The notes under the pieces were generated by a model that did no database searches, was not told the origin of the DNA, and saw only the letters and a list, made by a program, of their open reading frames with translations. A stretch of DNA of 64,000 nt from NCBI GenBank assembly GCA_964016885.1, contig OZ024741.1, forward strand, positions 66,774,001 to 66,838,000. Direction: 5' to 3'. The position numbers and the translations under genes are program-made. This document shows, in pieces, positions 25,567 to 39,874 of the stretch. This stretch comes from Eledone cirrhosa. Taxonomy: Eukaryota. Position 1 is the stretch's first letter, and each line of letters starts with the position of its first letter.

Positions 25567-26554
25567 GGAGTTGACGGACCCAGTATATTTATCAATGCCA
25601 GTACCGGTTGTATCTCAGCGTACTCCATGGGCAATGTAAGATACATTCCTAGAGTATACACATAGTTATTCGCTTCAATACAACGCACCTAAAACGGGTG
25701 CCTATAATGGTTCCCGGACTCAACTTTCTGTCGCACTAATGCATCAGTAAGGTGCACTGCACCATCCATCTGCATATATTATGCAACAATGCATAATCGG
25801 CTTATGCGGCTTCATCAGCGGGTATCGCCTAATCAATAACCAATCGATCGACAGAATCCGAACACCAGTCCAAGCCTGTCATGACTGTTTGTGACGACTG
25901 ACACGGTAAAGCGATTAGCAACTGGCACCCGATAAGATTCTATCTCTCAACTAGCCACTGATTTACACATTTTACGTGGCGGCAGGAAGCTAAAAGAATC
26001 AATCTTTTCGTTCCCGTCAAAAGATCTCAGCCAACGTGTCTCATACACAAAATTAAGAGGTGAATAGATGGCTATTAGAAATAGCAGTTCACATTGATGT
26101 ATAATAGAATGGTAGCATTCGGCTCATGTCTCCAAGCTCCATGGCTAGAGGAAAACGATGGTAACAATGGTAGTGCCAAGAACCTTTAACGGACATTAAA
26201 TGCGATTATCCATTATAGAGCAATATAGTAGCGAGCTAAAATGTGTCAGCCGCCTGCGTAGAGAACCAGTCTATTTCACAACTTAAAAGAGTGAGATACA
26301 AAATTAGTAGCAGGAAAATAGAGTGCATATCAAAACAAAAACACAATAAAAAAGTGAAAGATTGTTTAACTTACCCTCAATAGTCCGCTAGTTGGGAGAA
26401 AATAATAAGGAGTTGACGGACCCAGCATATTTATCAATGCCGTGACCGGTTGTATCTCATCGTACTCCATGGGCAATGTAAGATACATCCCAGAGTATAC
26501 ACATAGTTATTTGCATCAACACAACACACGTAAAACGGGTGCCTATAATGGTTC
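25567..26554 (-). mobile_element. ~990-bp element with ~147-bp terminal direct repeats and a hammerhead at the repeat boundary (retrozyme or PLE pseudo-LTR remnant)
   Basis: 25567-25713 is repeated at 26409-26554 (spacing ~841). Minus-strand cccg-CTGATGA-...-GAAA-gttgagt-C-cggg at 25713-25822. Confidence 0.6.
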
Positions 26555-26884
26555 TCTCTCACTCTCTCTCCCTCTCTCTCACTCTCCCTCTCTCTCTCTC
26601 TATATATAGAGAGAGAGAGAAAGAGAGAGTGAGAGAGAACGATGTAGTTATATTTTTACCGATATGTTGATGACTGTTTTACAAATCGAACAAAACATCT
26701 TCACTATGTATTGTAGAAGGTTCTTCAATCCGAGTTTTATGTTGACAACGATTTAATCAATCGGTGTAAGGAAGTAACGTGACAATATATCTGCAAAATA
26801 TTCTTAAACGGATCGAAGTTTGATTGATCAATTGTGTATCGATATTTCTTTGGTTTCAGCAACCAGTAGATTACACAAATTTTA

Positions 26885-27167
26885 GTATATGATGATGGTG
26901 ACGATGATTATGATAATGATGATGATGGTGGTGATGATGAGGTTGATAATAAAAATAATAAAAATAATAACAATAATAATAATAATAGTAATGATGATGA
27001 TGATGATAATGATGATGAAGTTGATGATGATGATGATGATGTTAATGATGATGATGGTGTTGCTGATGATGATAATGTTGATGATGATGATGGCGTTGAT
27101 GATGTTGATGATGATGATAATGATGATGATGTTTGTGATGATAATGATGATGATGATGATGATGATG
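26885..27167. repeat. Degenerate (GAT)n/(AAT)n microsatellite
   Basis: Visible triplet repeats. Confidence 0.9.
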
Positions 27168-27644
27168 TTTTTCTCATATTTGGAAAGCACCATCAGGGAT
27201 TGCAACTGACTGAAGCAACTGACCAGTAACCATGGATATTTAGCAACAGCATTTGATGAATTGATAAGCAAACCTGAACCAACATCTAAGGAGACCCTGC
27301 AAAGGGATAGAATGTTAATCTCATAAAATAGATCAAAGACCCACACAGCTATAGCTGTATAATATGCCTGCCAACAGTATATAAACCTCTAACACACATA
27401 CACTATACACCATGATGGCTACTCACCTCAAGGACAACAATATATTATCAGAGGAAGAGCAAGTGAGCCTGCCGAAAAGGATTGTATGGCGGTATAAGGA
27501 GCAGCTACTGGCGAATTGGCCAATTATAGAAGATAGTAAAAAGCGGTGCGACTTCACCATGGCCTGGATTAACCACTGAAAGGCATTTCACATCATTCCA
27601 CAAGCCAGCACACTGAAGATACTGCATATTCGAGTGTTGGCTGA

Positions 27645-27843
27645 AAGGTTCGTTGGTGAAAAGTTCATAGGCTGACCAAGATACTTTCATGGAATGACCA
27701 AATGAGGTTTATTTTTCAGGATAATCCCTGGAAGGAAACAATTGAGTTATTAATAAGAAGAGTTGAAATTAAAGCATGCAAAATTTCACAGCTCTAGCAT
27801 CATTCCTTCATAGTCAGCCTATGAACTATTCAGCCCACCCCCA
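27645..27843. mobile_element. Mariner-type MITE
   Basis: Terminal inverted repeats gaaaagttcataggctgac / gtcagcctatgaactattc. Confidence 0.5.
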
Positions 27844-28244
27844 TAAAGAAATCTAAATGCTAATGGCATTCAATAGACGTGTAAATTAACATATGGAAAT
27901 TTATAGCATTACTACAAAGCAAAGAACAAAAAATTAAAACGTTCAGTAGAGGAATTTTCAAAGTGAACTCATTGTCATATGTTTATTTTTATGAAAGATA
28001 ACATCAAAATAATAGACGAGAAAATATTATATAAATTCTTAGATGATATTTATAAGATACAGCACACATAAACTAAAGAGAAAATTAGAACAATGTACCT
28101 CAGATGAGTTGGACTGATATCAAAATACGAACTTAATACTCTTTCTAACAGAAAGAATAGTAGGTATCAATACACGTCTACCATACCAGTATAGCAGAGG
28201 TTTAGTAGCTATAAATACGATTGCCATATTAATTATAACTTGCA

Positions 28245-28588
28245 ATTTCAATAACGTGGTTAGAATGTCTCATGAAAGAATCTCTGGACAGATTTTATGG
28301 GCAAAACCAACCAACAGGAGACTCAGGGGTAGACTCCTAGCAAGATGGTTGGATAACATCCATGAGTTTGGCTGGTCTCGCTTGGGATTCCAGCCGGATC
28401 AGCCGGATTAGTTGGAGGTAGTTGCTTCTGATAGGACCTGCTTGAAGGAGTGTTTGAAGACTTTGGCCCCAAATAAGTGGGCGAAGAAGAAGAAGAAGAA
28501 GAAGAAGAAGAAGAAGAAGAAGAAGAAGAAGAAGAAGAAGAAGAAGAAGAAGAAGAAGAAGAAGAAGAAGAAGAAGAAGAAGAAGAAG
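28245..28588 (+). mobile_element. 3' fragment of an RTE-clade LINE with a (GAA)n tail
   Basis: Encodes VVRMSHERISGQILWAKPTNRRLRGRLLARWLDNIHE (RTE C-terminal R.RGRP..RW.D motif), followed by ~35 GAA units. Confidence 0.65.
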
Positions 28589-29766
28589 CTTCAATATAAA
28601 TGAAATAAAAGTTAAGTGAATTGATGAGTTTAGACAAAGAAACCAAGAAGCTACACAGAGTTCCAAAGGATCATATCTCATTCAGATATAGATAAAATAT
28701 ACCACCCCGCATACGGATGGTGTTGTCTGATATAAATAGAAAATCACGTCAAAATAGCAATAGTCGGATTTTAAAAATACTTCGAAGCAATACTTCGAAG
28801 CAAGAAGAGAAAATCTGATAAGTGTAATTAGGAAACAGGATAAAACAATATAGAAAAACAATAAATTGTCTATATATATATAACAAAACGATAATGTACA
28901 AACAGGAAATTAACTACACTGAAACACATATTTAGATAAGAACAAAACAATTGAAAATGTTTAAAAGGAAAAAAGACATTAAAACAAAAAGCGAAAACAA
29001 ATCAAAATGGAATTGCAAAATATTCTGACAAAGAAATGGAGAGAAAAAAATTACAATTCACAAGTCTTGTCAAAGAAAATATAGGCCAGTGGGAAAGCCA
29101 ACAGTGTGTCAAAACCTCTGCTAAAGTCTGTGCTAAAATCAGAAAGAGAAATTTTGATTCTAGCTACAGGAGACGGATGCCTAGTTGCAAGGATTTTTCT
29201 AAATGAAACACTGACAGAAGATTCTAATATTAAATACAGACTCTGCATCCAGCACAATGATACGGTTAGCCACATTATCTCTGACTGCCCAGAGAGTTTG
29301 ACGCCATAAATTCTACGCATGCTCTAATGCGTAATAGAATACGGGAGAAAGATTTTGCGGGAAAGGGGAACAGGGATATAGAGAAAGAGAGACACCCATG
29401 GAGGGAGATAGAAAGAGAGAGACGTACAGAAAGAATAGTAGAGAGAGTAAAATTAGAAAAAAGCTATTTAGATAAAATTTTAATCAGCCTTACAGCAACT
29501 AATTGTGGTGCGCAGGGAGCTACGTTTATATTAAAATAGACAACGGTCGTGTTTATTTTGTATTAAGTTTAACATATTATTACAATTCTGGTCTCTAATT
29601 CCCTAGCAACAAAAGGTTAATTAGCCTTTTAGGTTAATTAGCCTTACCTTCACTTCAATTCATCCATTGTCTGGGTTTCAAATACCCATTCCTTCGCCAG
29701 AATCCTTGCCTAAGAATACGTCTAATATATATGTGAATCACCTTCAATTTTGACGGCGTGAGCTCA

Positions 29767-29877
<111 letters not shown>

Positions 29878-30030
29878 CAGGATAATACCATAAAGCAATC
29901 TATCCGACGTTCTCATATATACTCTGGTGCGTTATGGTCCTTCTGGTTCCTTACCACAACTCCTTCGTTATATATATATATATATATATTATTTAAAAGA
30001 ATAGAGGTGTAACACACGAGTTATGATATA

Positions 30031-30709
30031 TTGGTAAAAGGAAAAGAAAATGGTGACAAATTGTTCCCAGTGAAAAATAGTTTAATTAGGAATAAGTAAA
30101 ATTTGTAATAGTATTGGTTAGTATTCAGTTTTGGTTTTAAGTTTTACCGGTTGCGCATTTCTAATGCTTTTCAAAAATAATTTTGAGATAGAGCGAAAGT
30201 GATGTTTGCTCTAATCTGATCAGTTTTGGAAATTCTACCTGTTTTATGTAAAAAAAAGTGGCTCCAGATGTATGAAAAAATTCTTGTGGTCAAAACAATT
30301 TTCATTGGTCGGTAGAGGTCATGTGAATGTTAAAAATTGATTTTGCGCCAAATGTAGGCTTGTCTCAGCTGATTGAGAAGTCACTGAAAAATAAGTCTTT
30401 CAAGACAAATATGTGTGTGTGTAGTAGTAGTAAAGAGGTTCGTTGTGGTGATAACGAGAATTTTTTCATACATCTGGAGCCACTTTTCTTTAAATACAAC
30501 AGGTAGAATTTCCAAAACTGATCTGTTAGAGCAAACATCACGGGCGCTCTATCTCAAAATTATTTTTGAAAAGCATTAGAAATGAGCAACCGGTAAAACT
30601 TAAAACCAAAACTGAATACTAACCAATACTATTACTAATTTTTACCTATTCCTAATTAAACTATTTTTCACTGGGAACAATTTGTCAGCATTTTCTTTTC
30701 CTTTTACCA

Positions 30710-30712
<3 letters not shown>
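30031..30712. repeat. Fold-back element: ~255-bp inverted arms, ~170-bp spacer, followed by (TA)n
   Basis: 30031-30284 is the reverse complement of ~30457-30712, with scattered mismatches. Confidence 0.85.
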
Positions 30713-30786
<74 letters not shown>

Positions 30787-30849
30787 GTATGTGTGTGTGT
30801 GTGTGTGCGCGTGAATGAAGTTCAGATAGAGAAGAGAGAGTAAGCGATA

Positions 30850-30922
<73 letters not shown>

Positions 30923-30943
30923 GTCTCTCTATCTATCTATCTA

Positions 30944-31049
<106 letters not shown>

Positions 31050-31244
31050 GATATGTCTACCAAAATAAACGGTAGTGTCTAATCCGTATGAAGAACTCAA
31101 TGTAATCCAAATATAGAAGATATCATGAAAAGAGAAGATACATTAAAAAATTTACGATAAAAATCATAGGAAAACAGAGTCAAGATAAATTAATAAAAAC
31201 AATGAAATAAACACAAAGAATAAGTTCTTTATATTAAAAAATTC

Positions 31245-31372
31245 ATCATTTTACGATCGTTTCTGGGATGTATATGTGTGTTGGTATATATATCATATAG
31301 ATCTATGTAATAATATTACAAATAATCAGAGGAAATATACATACCTTAACACATACATGCCGTCCTCAGAAA

Positions 31373-31376
<4 letters not shown>
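31245..31376 (-). ncRNA. Type I hammerhead ribozyme with extended helix II
   Basis: Minus strand: atcattt-CTGAGGA-cggcatgtatgtgt...acatatacatccca-GAAA-cgatcgt-A-aaatgat. 7-bp stem I, palindromic ACGATCGT helix III. Directly abuts (TA)n. Confidence 0.7.
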
Positions 31377-31425
<49 letters not shown>

Positions 31426-31433
<8 letters not shown>

Positions 31434-32161
31434 ATACATTAACAGAGAAATCTTTAAGCAATACTCCGACCGACTTCCGTCTCACTCAACAAACATTAGG
31501 ATATACCATAGTATAATCCCAATTATACGTTTGGGGTGCTAACTATACGTATTTTGCGGATAGCCAGTTGTATTATTTTATATGAGACATAATTAAATAC
31601 ATCCCTCTTTCCAAACGATCGTTTCATTATAAGTTTTCTACAAGTTGGGAAAATAATGTCCAGGTTATGTAGAAGCCTACACATAGTCTATAGGAATATA
31701 TGCAGGTGGGCAACAATATCGATATAAAAAAACCCTACCGATATTAATATTCAGCGATGGTACCCGTCAGTGTTAGAGTGACCGCCAAATTTGAAATTCC
31801 AGCAGTCTCACAAAGAGAAATCTCACACCGACACCAAGCGGGAAGGGGGGGGGGGGGGGGGTCATCGCAAAACATAAAAGGATGAAATAATATGCACGCA
31901 GGTCAATTAATTCTGTCAAGAATTTTAACCATGCGTGAAGAACTCAATTGGATATAAAAAAAATAAATATATGCCTGTATTATTTATACACGCATATAGG
32001 TATTTTCTCAGGCTAAAAACAGAGACAAGATACCGGAAAAACAATCAATATTTCATACAAAGAATAAATAAAGAAAGTCATACCTAAAAATATCTGGACA
32101 TTTTCATCTCTGGCCAATTCAAGAGTATAATATTTAATACATTAACAGAGAAAGCTTTAAG

Positions 32162-32166
<5 letters not shown>
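31426..32166. repeat. ~740-bp insert in (TA)n with ~38-bp terminal direct repeats
   Basis: atatttaatacattaacagagaaa(t/g)ctttaagcaata occurs at both ends. Confidence 0.6.
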
Positions 32167-32204
<38 letters not shown>

Positions 32205-33390
32205 AAGAGGGGGGGGGGGAGAGAAAGAGAGAGGGTGAGAGAAAGAGAGAGAGAAAGAGAGATACTTGGCTAGCACACTTGTTATATAACATTAAATTTG
32301 TTAACAAATTGCTGGCCTTGTGCCTAAAGTAGAAACAATTAAATTTGTTAACAAAATAGGTTTATATTTATTAAGAATATTTTCATCTTTGCCGCGAAAT
32401 AGATTTCGTGGTTAATCAACAGATTTTTCAACAGTCTTGGAGCGATACAGTAGGATTCTGTTTGCAGGATATGATCCCAACCATGGTTGTTTCATCTTTA
32501 TAGATTAAAACATTATAATTACAATAGTTATTTTCACGTTTAAATTTCTCTTGGATAATTAAAACAATTAGAAGGAGCGTGTACTTAATATCTGTTTACC
32601 GCCATTAAATTTAGCAATTTAATAGGAGTAGGTATGTATTAACAGTTTGTAGTATTATATGAGAAAAGATAGAATTATCAATGTTGGGACCAGTGAGAAT
32701 TGTGAGTGCTCAATATTGGCTGACTATGGGATTCATGCTCAAAGTAAACATTTTTATTTCCTAACCCGTGCATAATCTATACACGGAATCACTATGTAGT
32801 GATTTCATCAAGCATTACTGATGAATTTATAGTAAGACCCAAAGATGTCCGGAGTTGTCACCCTTACTTACCAAAATAATCAAAATAATTGTTTCTACCT
32901 TTTTGGCACACGCCAGTGTATTACTGGTACTTTATTTTATCGACCCCATAAGGATGAAAGGCAAAGTTAATCTCGAGTGAATATTCAATATTGTTTTTTT
33001 TTTCTCCTACATAATTATTTAGGTTGTTTCATAAAACATTTTAAATATATTTTATCTCACACCTAGAGATTATTTTTATATGAATAGCGCTTCAGACGTA
33101 TTTATTCTCTACGGAACAACCGAATAACAGTTTTGGGCTATGGAAAATATCTCAACCGTCTTAATGCGATTTCAAACTATTTCTTACACATCTGGTGTTC
33201 CGTAACATATCGACTCAGGCTTTATATTCTTGTGAATATAGAATAATATTTAGATATTTTAAATTACTTTTATCTAAAGACATTTATCACTCAAAATAGA
33301 TAACAAATTATTAAATGCTTTTTTTCTCTTTTCTCTTCCATGAATAAATAATTAGAGTATATTAAATTATTAATTCTCTTATTTATTTTA

Positions 33391-33533
33391 TTTTCTTCCA
33401 AATAAGTAAGTTTATCAACAAAGTGGCAGGAAATCGTTTCAGGAATGCAGACACCTACCCACGTAGGAAAGTATAGAGAAAGTATGTACATACATACCAC
33501 CACCCCCATATATATATATAGAGAGAAAATATA

Positions 33534-33569
<36 letters not shown>

Positions 33570-33593
33570 TATATGTATATGTGTGTGTGTGTG

Positions 33594-33642
<49 letters not shown>

Positions 33643-33770
33643 TTATGTATGTATGTATGTGTGTGTGTGTATGTACATACTTTCTCTATACTTTCCTACG
33701 TGGGTAGGTGTCTGCATTCCTGAAACGATTTCCTGCCACTTTTTTGATAAACTTACTTATTTGGAAAGAG

Positions 33771-33773
<3 letters not shown>
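33391..33773. repeat. Inverted repeat with ~103-bp arms around a microsatellite spacer
   Basis: 33391-33494 versus 33669-33773. Confidence 0.85.
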
Positions 33774-33845
<72 letters not shown>

Positions 33846-34038
33846 ATATACATACACACACACACACACACACATATATATTTATATATATATATTTATA
33901 CATATATGTATATGTATACATACATATATATATATATACATACATATATACATACATATATAAAAATACATACGTACATACATATATATATATATACAAT
34001 ATATTAACAAATGGAATCTATATTTATAAAACCATATT

Positions 34039-34104
34039 TATTTTATTATACATATTTCAAGGGCCACCAAGCCAAATTATGGTGCGCTTTCATCAGATAA
34101 AATA
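34039..34104 (-). ncRNA. Type I hammerhead ribozyme
   Basis: Minus strand: tattttat-CTGATGA-aagcgcacca taatttggct tggtggccctt-GAAA-tatgtat-A-ataaaata. 8-bp stem I, quasi-palindromic helix III. Lies in a short insert flanked by (TA)n. Confidence 0.72.
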
Positions 34105-34191
34105 CAATACAGATTAGTTTTATAAATAAATATTGACATACCCTGAAGAAAGACAACCTTAACGGTTGGAGATTCCTGGATATATATATAT

Positions 34192-34285
<94 letters not shown>

Positions 34286-34326
34286 GTATATATATATATG
34301 AATATATATGTGTGTGTGTGTACATT

Positions 34327-34383
<57 letters not shown>

Positions 34384-34650
34384 GTGTGTGTGTGTGTACA
34401 TGTGTCTCATTATTTCACGTTGCTTCAGCTATTTAAAGGACCAGCTTCGTTACACACTATATCACGCTGAATCTACCCGAGAACTACATTAAGAGTGTAT
34501 ATGTCAGTGGAATACTCAACCACATGCGCGTCAATTTCACAAACAGTCAGTTCTGTTGTTTGAACAACTCGAATACTCATCGTTAGAACCGACGGAGATT
34601 CAACACCAACAACATCAATAACAACTCATCTGTTAGATGGTGTATTAGTG

Positions 34651-35224
34651 CAGAGGTTCTCAACAATGTTTTGCGGCCACCGACCCCTCCGCACGGCCAC
34701 GTAATACCTGCAGCCCCCTCCCCACCCCTATTTCCAGAGAGACCTGCCTACAAGCAAATTATAAATGATATATAATAAATAAAATCGTTAATTTATATAT
34801 AATGTTTCTACTTTTGGTACAAGGCCAGCAATTACCCCAGTTCATTACTGGTGCTTTATTTTATCGATCCGTAAGGATGAAAGGGGAAGTTTATCTTGGC
34901 GGGATTTGAACTCAGACCGTAAAGGGGCGAAACTCTGTGCTGCAAAGCATGGTGTCCGACCCGCTACCTATACTGCCAATCCACCGCCCTGTTAATTTAT
35001 ATGTGATAAATAATATGATATATACTATGTATAAATAAATATTATATATATTTTTTATTTTACTATATTTATATATAATTTGTATCATTTGATATTTAAT
35101 ATACTATTATATCATCTCTACCTTTCCTACCCATCGCCCCCTTAAGTCGCAGCGCCCCCTGGTCATTTTCCACGCCCCACACACACCAGGGGTGGGTGGT
35201 TAGCGCCCACTTTGAGATCTTCTG
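34651..35224. mobile_element. Non-autonomous hAT transposon with a nested SINE (~34800-34990)
   Basis: Termini CAGAGGTTCTCAA...TTGAGATCTTCTG; perfect 8-bp target-site duplication tattagtg (34643-34650 and 35225-35232). Confidence 0.8.
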
Positions 35225-35556
35225 TATTAGTGCAACTACGAATTACTATCAAGAATGTGTATCTACTGTGGTGGCTCCTTGACAGTTGTGTATCTGTAAT
35301 TGAATTTACATCAATAAAGCTGCTTAGATAATTCAGAAACGTATGAACGTCATGGATTCTTGGTTCTACTTGTATACTCGTGGCCTTCTTCTTAAGCTAT
35401 AAATCAATATGTTAACCATTTATGAAGTTCACGACAGCTGGCGATCTTGTATAGAATATCTGCTAGATACAATTATTCTATTTATAAATGTAGTTGTCAA
35501 ATTATGTGTTCATAGTTTTACAGTCAACAGCAGGTGATAACACTATGAAAGGCTGC

Positions 35557-35683
<127 letters not shown>

Positions 35684-35751
35684 ATCTCTCTCTGTTCCCC
35701 CCCTCTCTCTCTCTTTATATATACACACACACACACACATACACACATATA

Positions 35752-35940
35752 TAATTGTTTCTACTTTTGGCATAAGGCCAGCAATAACCCAGTGCATTAC
35801 TGGTACTTTATTTTATCGTCCCCGTAAGGATGAAAGGCAAAGTTAACCTCGACGGAATTTGAATTCAGATCATAAAGGGACGTAACTATGCTTTGCAAGC
35901 ATGGCGTCCAGCCCTCTACCGATACTGCCAATTCACGGCC
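35752..35940 (-). mobile_element. tRNA-derived SINE
   Basis: Same family as 12628-13004. Confidence 0.8.
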
Positions 35941-36707
35941 CCTTAAAGGACGCATGAAGTGATTGATAATATTAAGAAGAAAACAGATTTGGAAACAAAC
36001 TAAAATGTATAGAAATAAATATATTGAAATTATTTACATGTCTGTCGGAATGTTATCCGGCTTTAGGCTGGGATAAAGAGTGATATACTTGGTGTGGTTG
36101 ATTTGTTAATCCCTTTCGAAGTAGGCGTTTTTCTCCTTCACACTTTTAACCCATCAAACTTTCTGTTGATCGAAGCATATATGGAATACTTCTTCTAGAA
36201 TGACTCTTAGCTCCGCCGTCGTAGCCCGCATGATGTGGTCTCGGTTCTCGAAAACTTCAAAAGGAGCCATGTCTTCAGAATAGGTAGACTAACGAATGAG
36301 CGAAACCTTGGATAGGTTGTAATGAATGAGGTAGCTACCAGCTTTGCGATACCCACAGATTCTGTCTCTTGCGTCTAACCATATCACGAAGATGTCGGTG
36401 GACTTCCTGATGACACTCCTCTGTTACTGTTTAATCTTTTTTGTGTGTATTCATGATGTACAAGTCTCAGTAGTCGAAGAAAGCATTCAACATTACCTTG
36501 ATTTTGCTCCGCACCTGCCGTGCTATTTTGGATCTTACACTGTGGTGATTGAGCTTTGATTTCCGGACTGTACCTGTACAGTCACGTCTCGTCTCCAGGT
36601 AATCAGAAACTCAGGTATTCAGAAACTCAGGGCTCTTGATTGGCAGTATAGGCTGAAATGAAAATGCAACGTGCAAGTACTACAGCACCTCTGACACAAA
36701 CTACCTG

Positions 36708-36756
36708 GCAGCAACTGATGAATACAACGAGCTCGCCGAAACATATGTATGACTGT
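36708..36756 (+). ncRNA. Decayed type I hammerhead motif
   Basis: gcagcaa-CTGATGA-atacaacgagctcgcc-GAAA-catatgt-A-tgactgt. Core and palindromic helix III are intact; stems I and II are mismatched. Confidence 0.4.
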
Positions 36757-37748
36757 ATGCGACCCCACTGTGCACACGATGTCTCCCTAACGCCATTACA
36801 TCCCACAAAAAATAAAAAAATAATGTCGAATACATTTTCGACAGATCTCGTATTAAAAACAAATCCTGTTATTCATCTGACAGTCCGCTTTGCAATTTCA
36901 GTGACCTTCTTTCTTGTAAATTTCAATTTCTTATCATTGCCAACAACTTCAAGGTGACTTGACTTTCATGGCTGTGGGCAAGTAACTATATCAGTACTTA
37001 GCTGGAATTCTGGTTCACACACAAAGAAAAACTTAAAACTGCTTCAACTGATCGATAAACTATACCTTTGGCGACACTTGATCAGCTCACGGTTCACAAG
37101 TTCACTTTCGCTGCAGGCGATTCCTTCTCTCTCGGTACACTGTATTCTTTGTGTCTCAAATAGTTCAGCATATGCAATCATGCATAATATGTATGTAGTA
37201 TTTATGAGAGCGCAGATGGCCGCCACATGAATTCACCAAAGGAAACTAAGAGAGGGAGAGAGAGCGAGAGAGAGAGAGAGAGAGAGAGAGGGGGGAGAGA
37301 GAGAGAGAGAGAGGGGGGAGAGAGAGAGAGAGAGGAGACTGTGTTTCATAACATGCCGTTGGCATTGGGTTCTATAAGTGTCCAGAGTAACAAGAAAACA
37401 CAACTTTTAAATATCTCAATCCATCTAGTTACTGTAGATGAGGAATAACTAACAGCTATAAATATCGAAATTAGTGTAAACTTCACAGCTAGCTCGTTGA
37501 CAGGTTGTTCTGAATTAAGTTTTTATTTCTGCCAACAGAAACCAAAGAGAGGACTCCCCATTATCATTGGAATATGTAGATCAATTCTTCTGTCATGACT
37601 TACACAGAACAAGGTTAAGAGACGCTCCCCAAAAGCGTATTTATTTGATTAAAACATGTTTAGTATTGCCATAGAATAATATATTTAATACATTTCAAAT
37701 ATATATATATATACATTTTATAAGCTATTTTATATATATATATATAAT

Positions 37749-37799
<51 letters not shown>

Positions 37800-38132
37800 A
37801 ATGATGTGCTCATGGCGGAGATGCTGTGAAATAGGGTGAAGACCCCCTAAAGACGGAAAAAGAAATTTCTAGCAGCTACTATGAAGGAATCGAACTCCAT
37901 ATCTCTCAAACACTATCTAGGTTCTTTAAACCATGAAGCCAAGGGACCGAAACAACTCTTATCATCTTAAATTAGATAGCAGAATTGGCCATTCTGCAAT
38001 GTTAATCATGACGTAATATGAGAAGAGCACTCGACGTTATGCAACTCATCCATCTTCAATGTTAAATCATGTTAGTGATGCGGGAACGAAGTAAATGTAT
38101 TATAAAGTGAAAGGACAGGGGCCAAATATGTT

Positions 38133-38284
38133 GAATTTCTTTAAATTTTTATTTCTGCAAACGCTATGCATATATCAGTGACCAAGTTGCGTAAGAACCC
38201 GTGACCTCATCAGAGTTCTTACGCAGCCTGGCCACTGAAAGGTGCATAGTGTTTGCAGAAATAAAAAATTAAGGAAATTCAACT

Positions 38285-38290
<6 letters not shown>
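38133..38290. repeat. Fold-back element containing a degenerate hammerhead (minus strand ~38160-38213) related to the one at 13353-13416
   Basis: Inverted arms gttgaattt...gcgtaagaac / gttcttacgc...aaattcaac. Minus strand reads CTGATGA-ggtcacgggttcttacgcaacttggtcact-GATA; the other arm retains GAAA. Confidence 0.55.
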
Positions 38291-38322
<32 letters not shown>

Positions 38323-38461
38323 AGTTGAATTTCCTTAATTTTTTATTTATATATATATATATATTGCCATAGTATAATATATTTAATACATTTCAAATAT
38401 ATATATATACGTTTTATAAGCTATTTTATATATATATATATATATATACATATATATATAC

Positions 38462-38797
<336 letters not shown>

Positions 38798-39270
38798 ATA
38801 TATATATATATTTTACAAGGTTTTTGATATGAAATCGTGTGATATTGCCAGATAAATTTACTATCGAGATATAAAAGATACAGAAGCGAAAACCAATCCA
38901 AACCAACAGTATATGTATTTTATTTTTATTTCTGGTAATATTATGACCCTCCCCAAATATAACAATATATAACACTATATATATATAGCGAGGTCAACTT
39001 TGCGAGGTCAACTTTGCTCTTCATCATTTTGAAATCGATAATACAAATACCAGTCTAGAACTGGGGTCGTTTTTTCTTCACTCTGTCTCTGTCGGTCTGT
39101 CTAACCACTCGCTCTCTCTCTCTTTCTTCCTATCCCTTTCTTCTGCTCTGCAAGAAATAGGATGTGTTCAGATGTGAGAAGATAAGAGAAAAGTGATGCC
39201 CAAGGCTCGCTGTATACGAGAATGCTCCTACAACTTACGCTTCCACACACACATTTATATATATATACAT

Positions 39271-39303
<33 letters not shown>

Positions 39304-39511
39304 CATATATATACATATACAAGATCTGTCTATCTATCAATATTTATCCATATATATGTTTATTTATATATATTTTATATATGTATATATATATGTGTGT
39401 GCGTGTGTGTGTGTGTGTGTGAGTGTGTGCGTGTGTGTGTGCATATGTGCATAGAAACTAGTACTGTACATATAGATGTGTATTGACATACACACACACA
39501 CACACGTATGC

Positions 39512-39542
<31 letters not shown>

Positions 39543-39874
39543 GCGTATGTATATAAATAGATCTTGTTTTTTTGCATCTTTGTGATCTTTATCTGGAAAC
39601 TATTCAACGAAACTGTTGTTACACTGGAAATTTGCCATTCATAAAATCTCGGTAAACTATCTACACCACCAACACTCTCCCCCATCGCCAACACCACCAA
39701 CACTACTACCACCAACACCACCAACACCACCATTACCATGTTCTCTCTCTTCCTATCTGTTTTTCTTTGTCTTTATCTTAGTTCCTCTCTCTTTCTTTCT
39801 AAATACCCATCTCCATCTTTCAATAATAAAAATGATGTTAATAAATATAAAGATACATTTTTTTATTAATATTA

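Larger units (their letters stand above)
27185..29310 (+). pseudogene. Old, fragmented R4/Dong-like LINE interrupted by a MITE and an RTE fragment
   Basis: Remnant peptides WKAP, CLPTVYKPLT, EEQ..CRKGLYG.KEQL, SDIDKIY and LKSEREILILATGDGCL...YRLC..HNDTVSHIISDC are collinear with the 22262-24856 ORF. Confidence 0.6.

Noticed and set aside
36040-36640. Moderately GC-rich segment, possibly an old LINE fragment
   Set aside because: No recognisable peptide motif in any frame.
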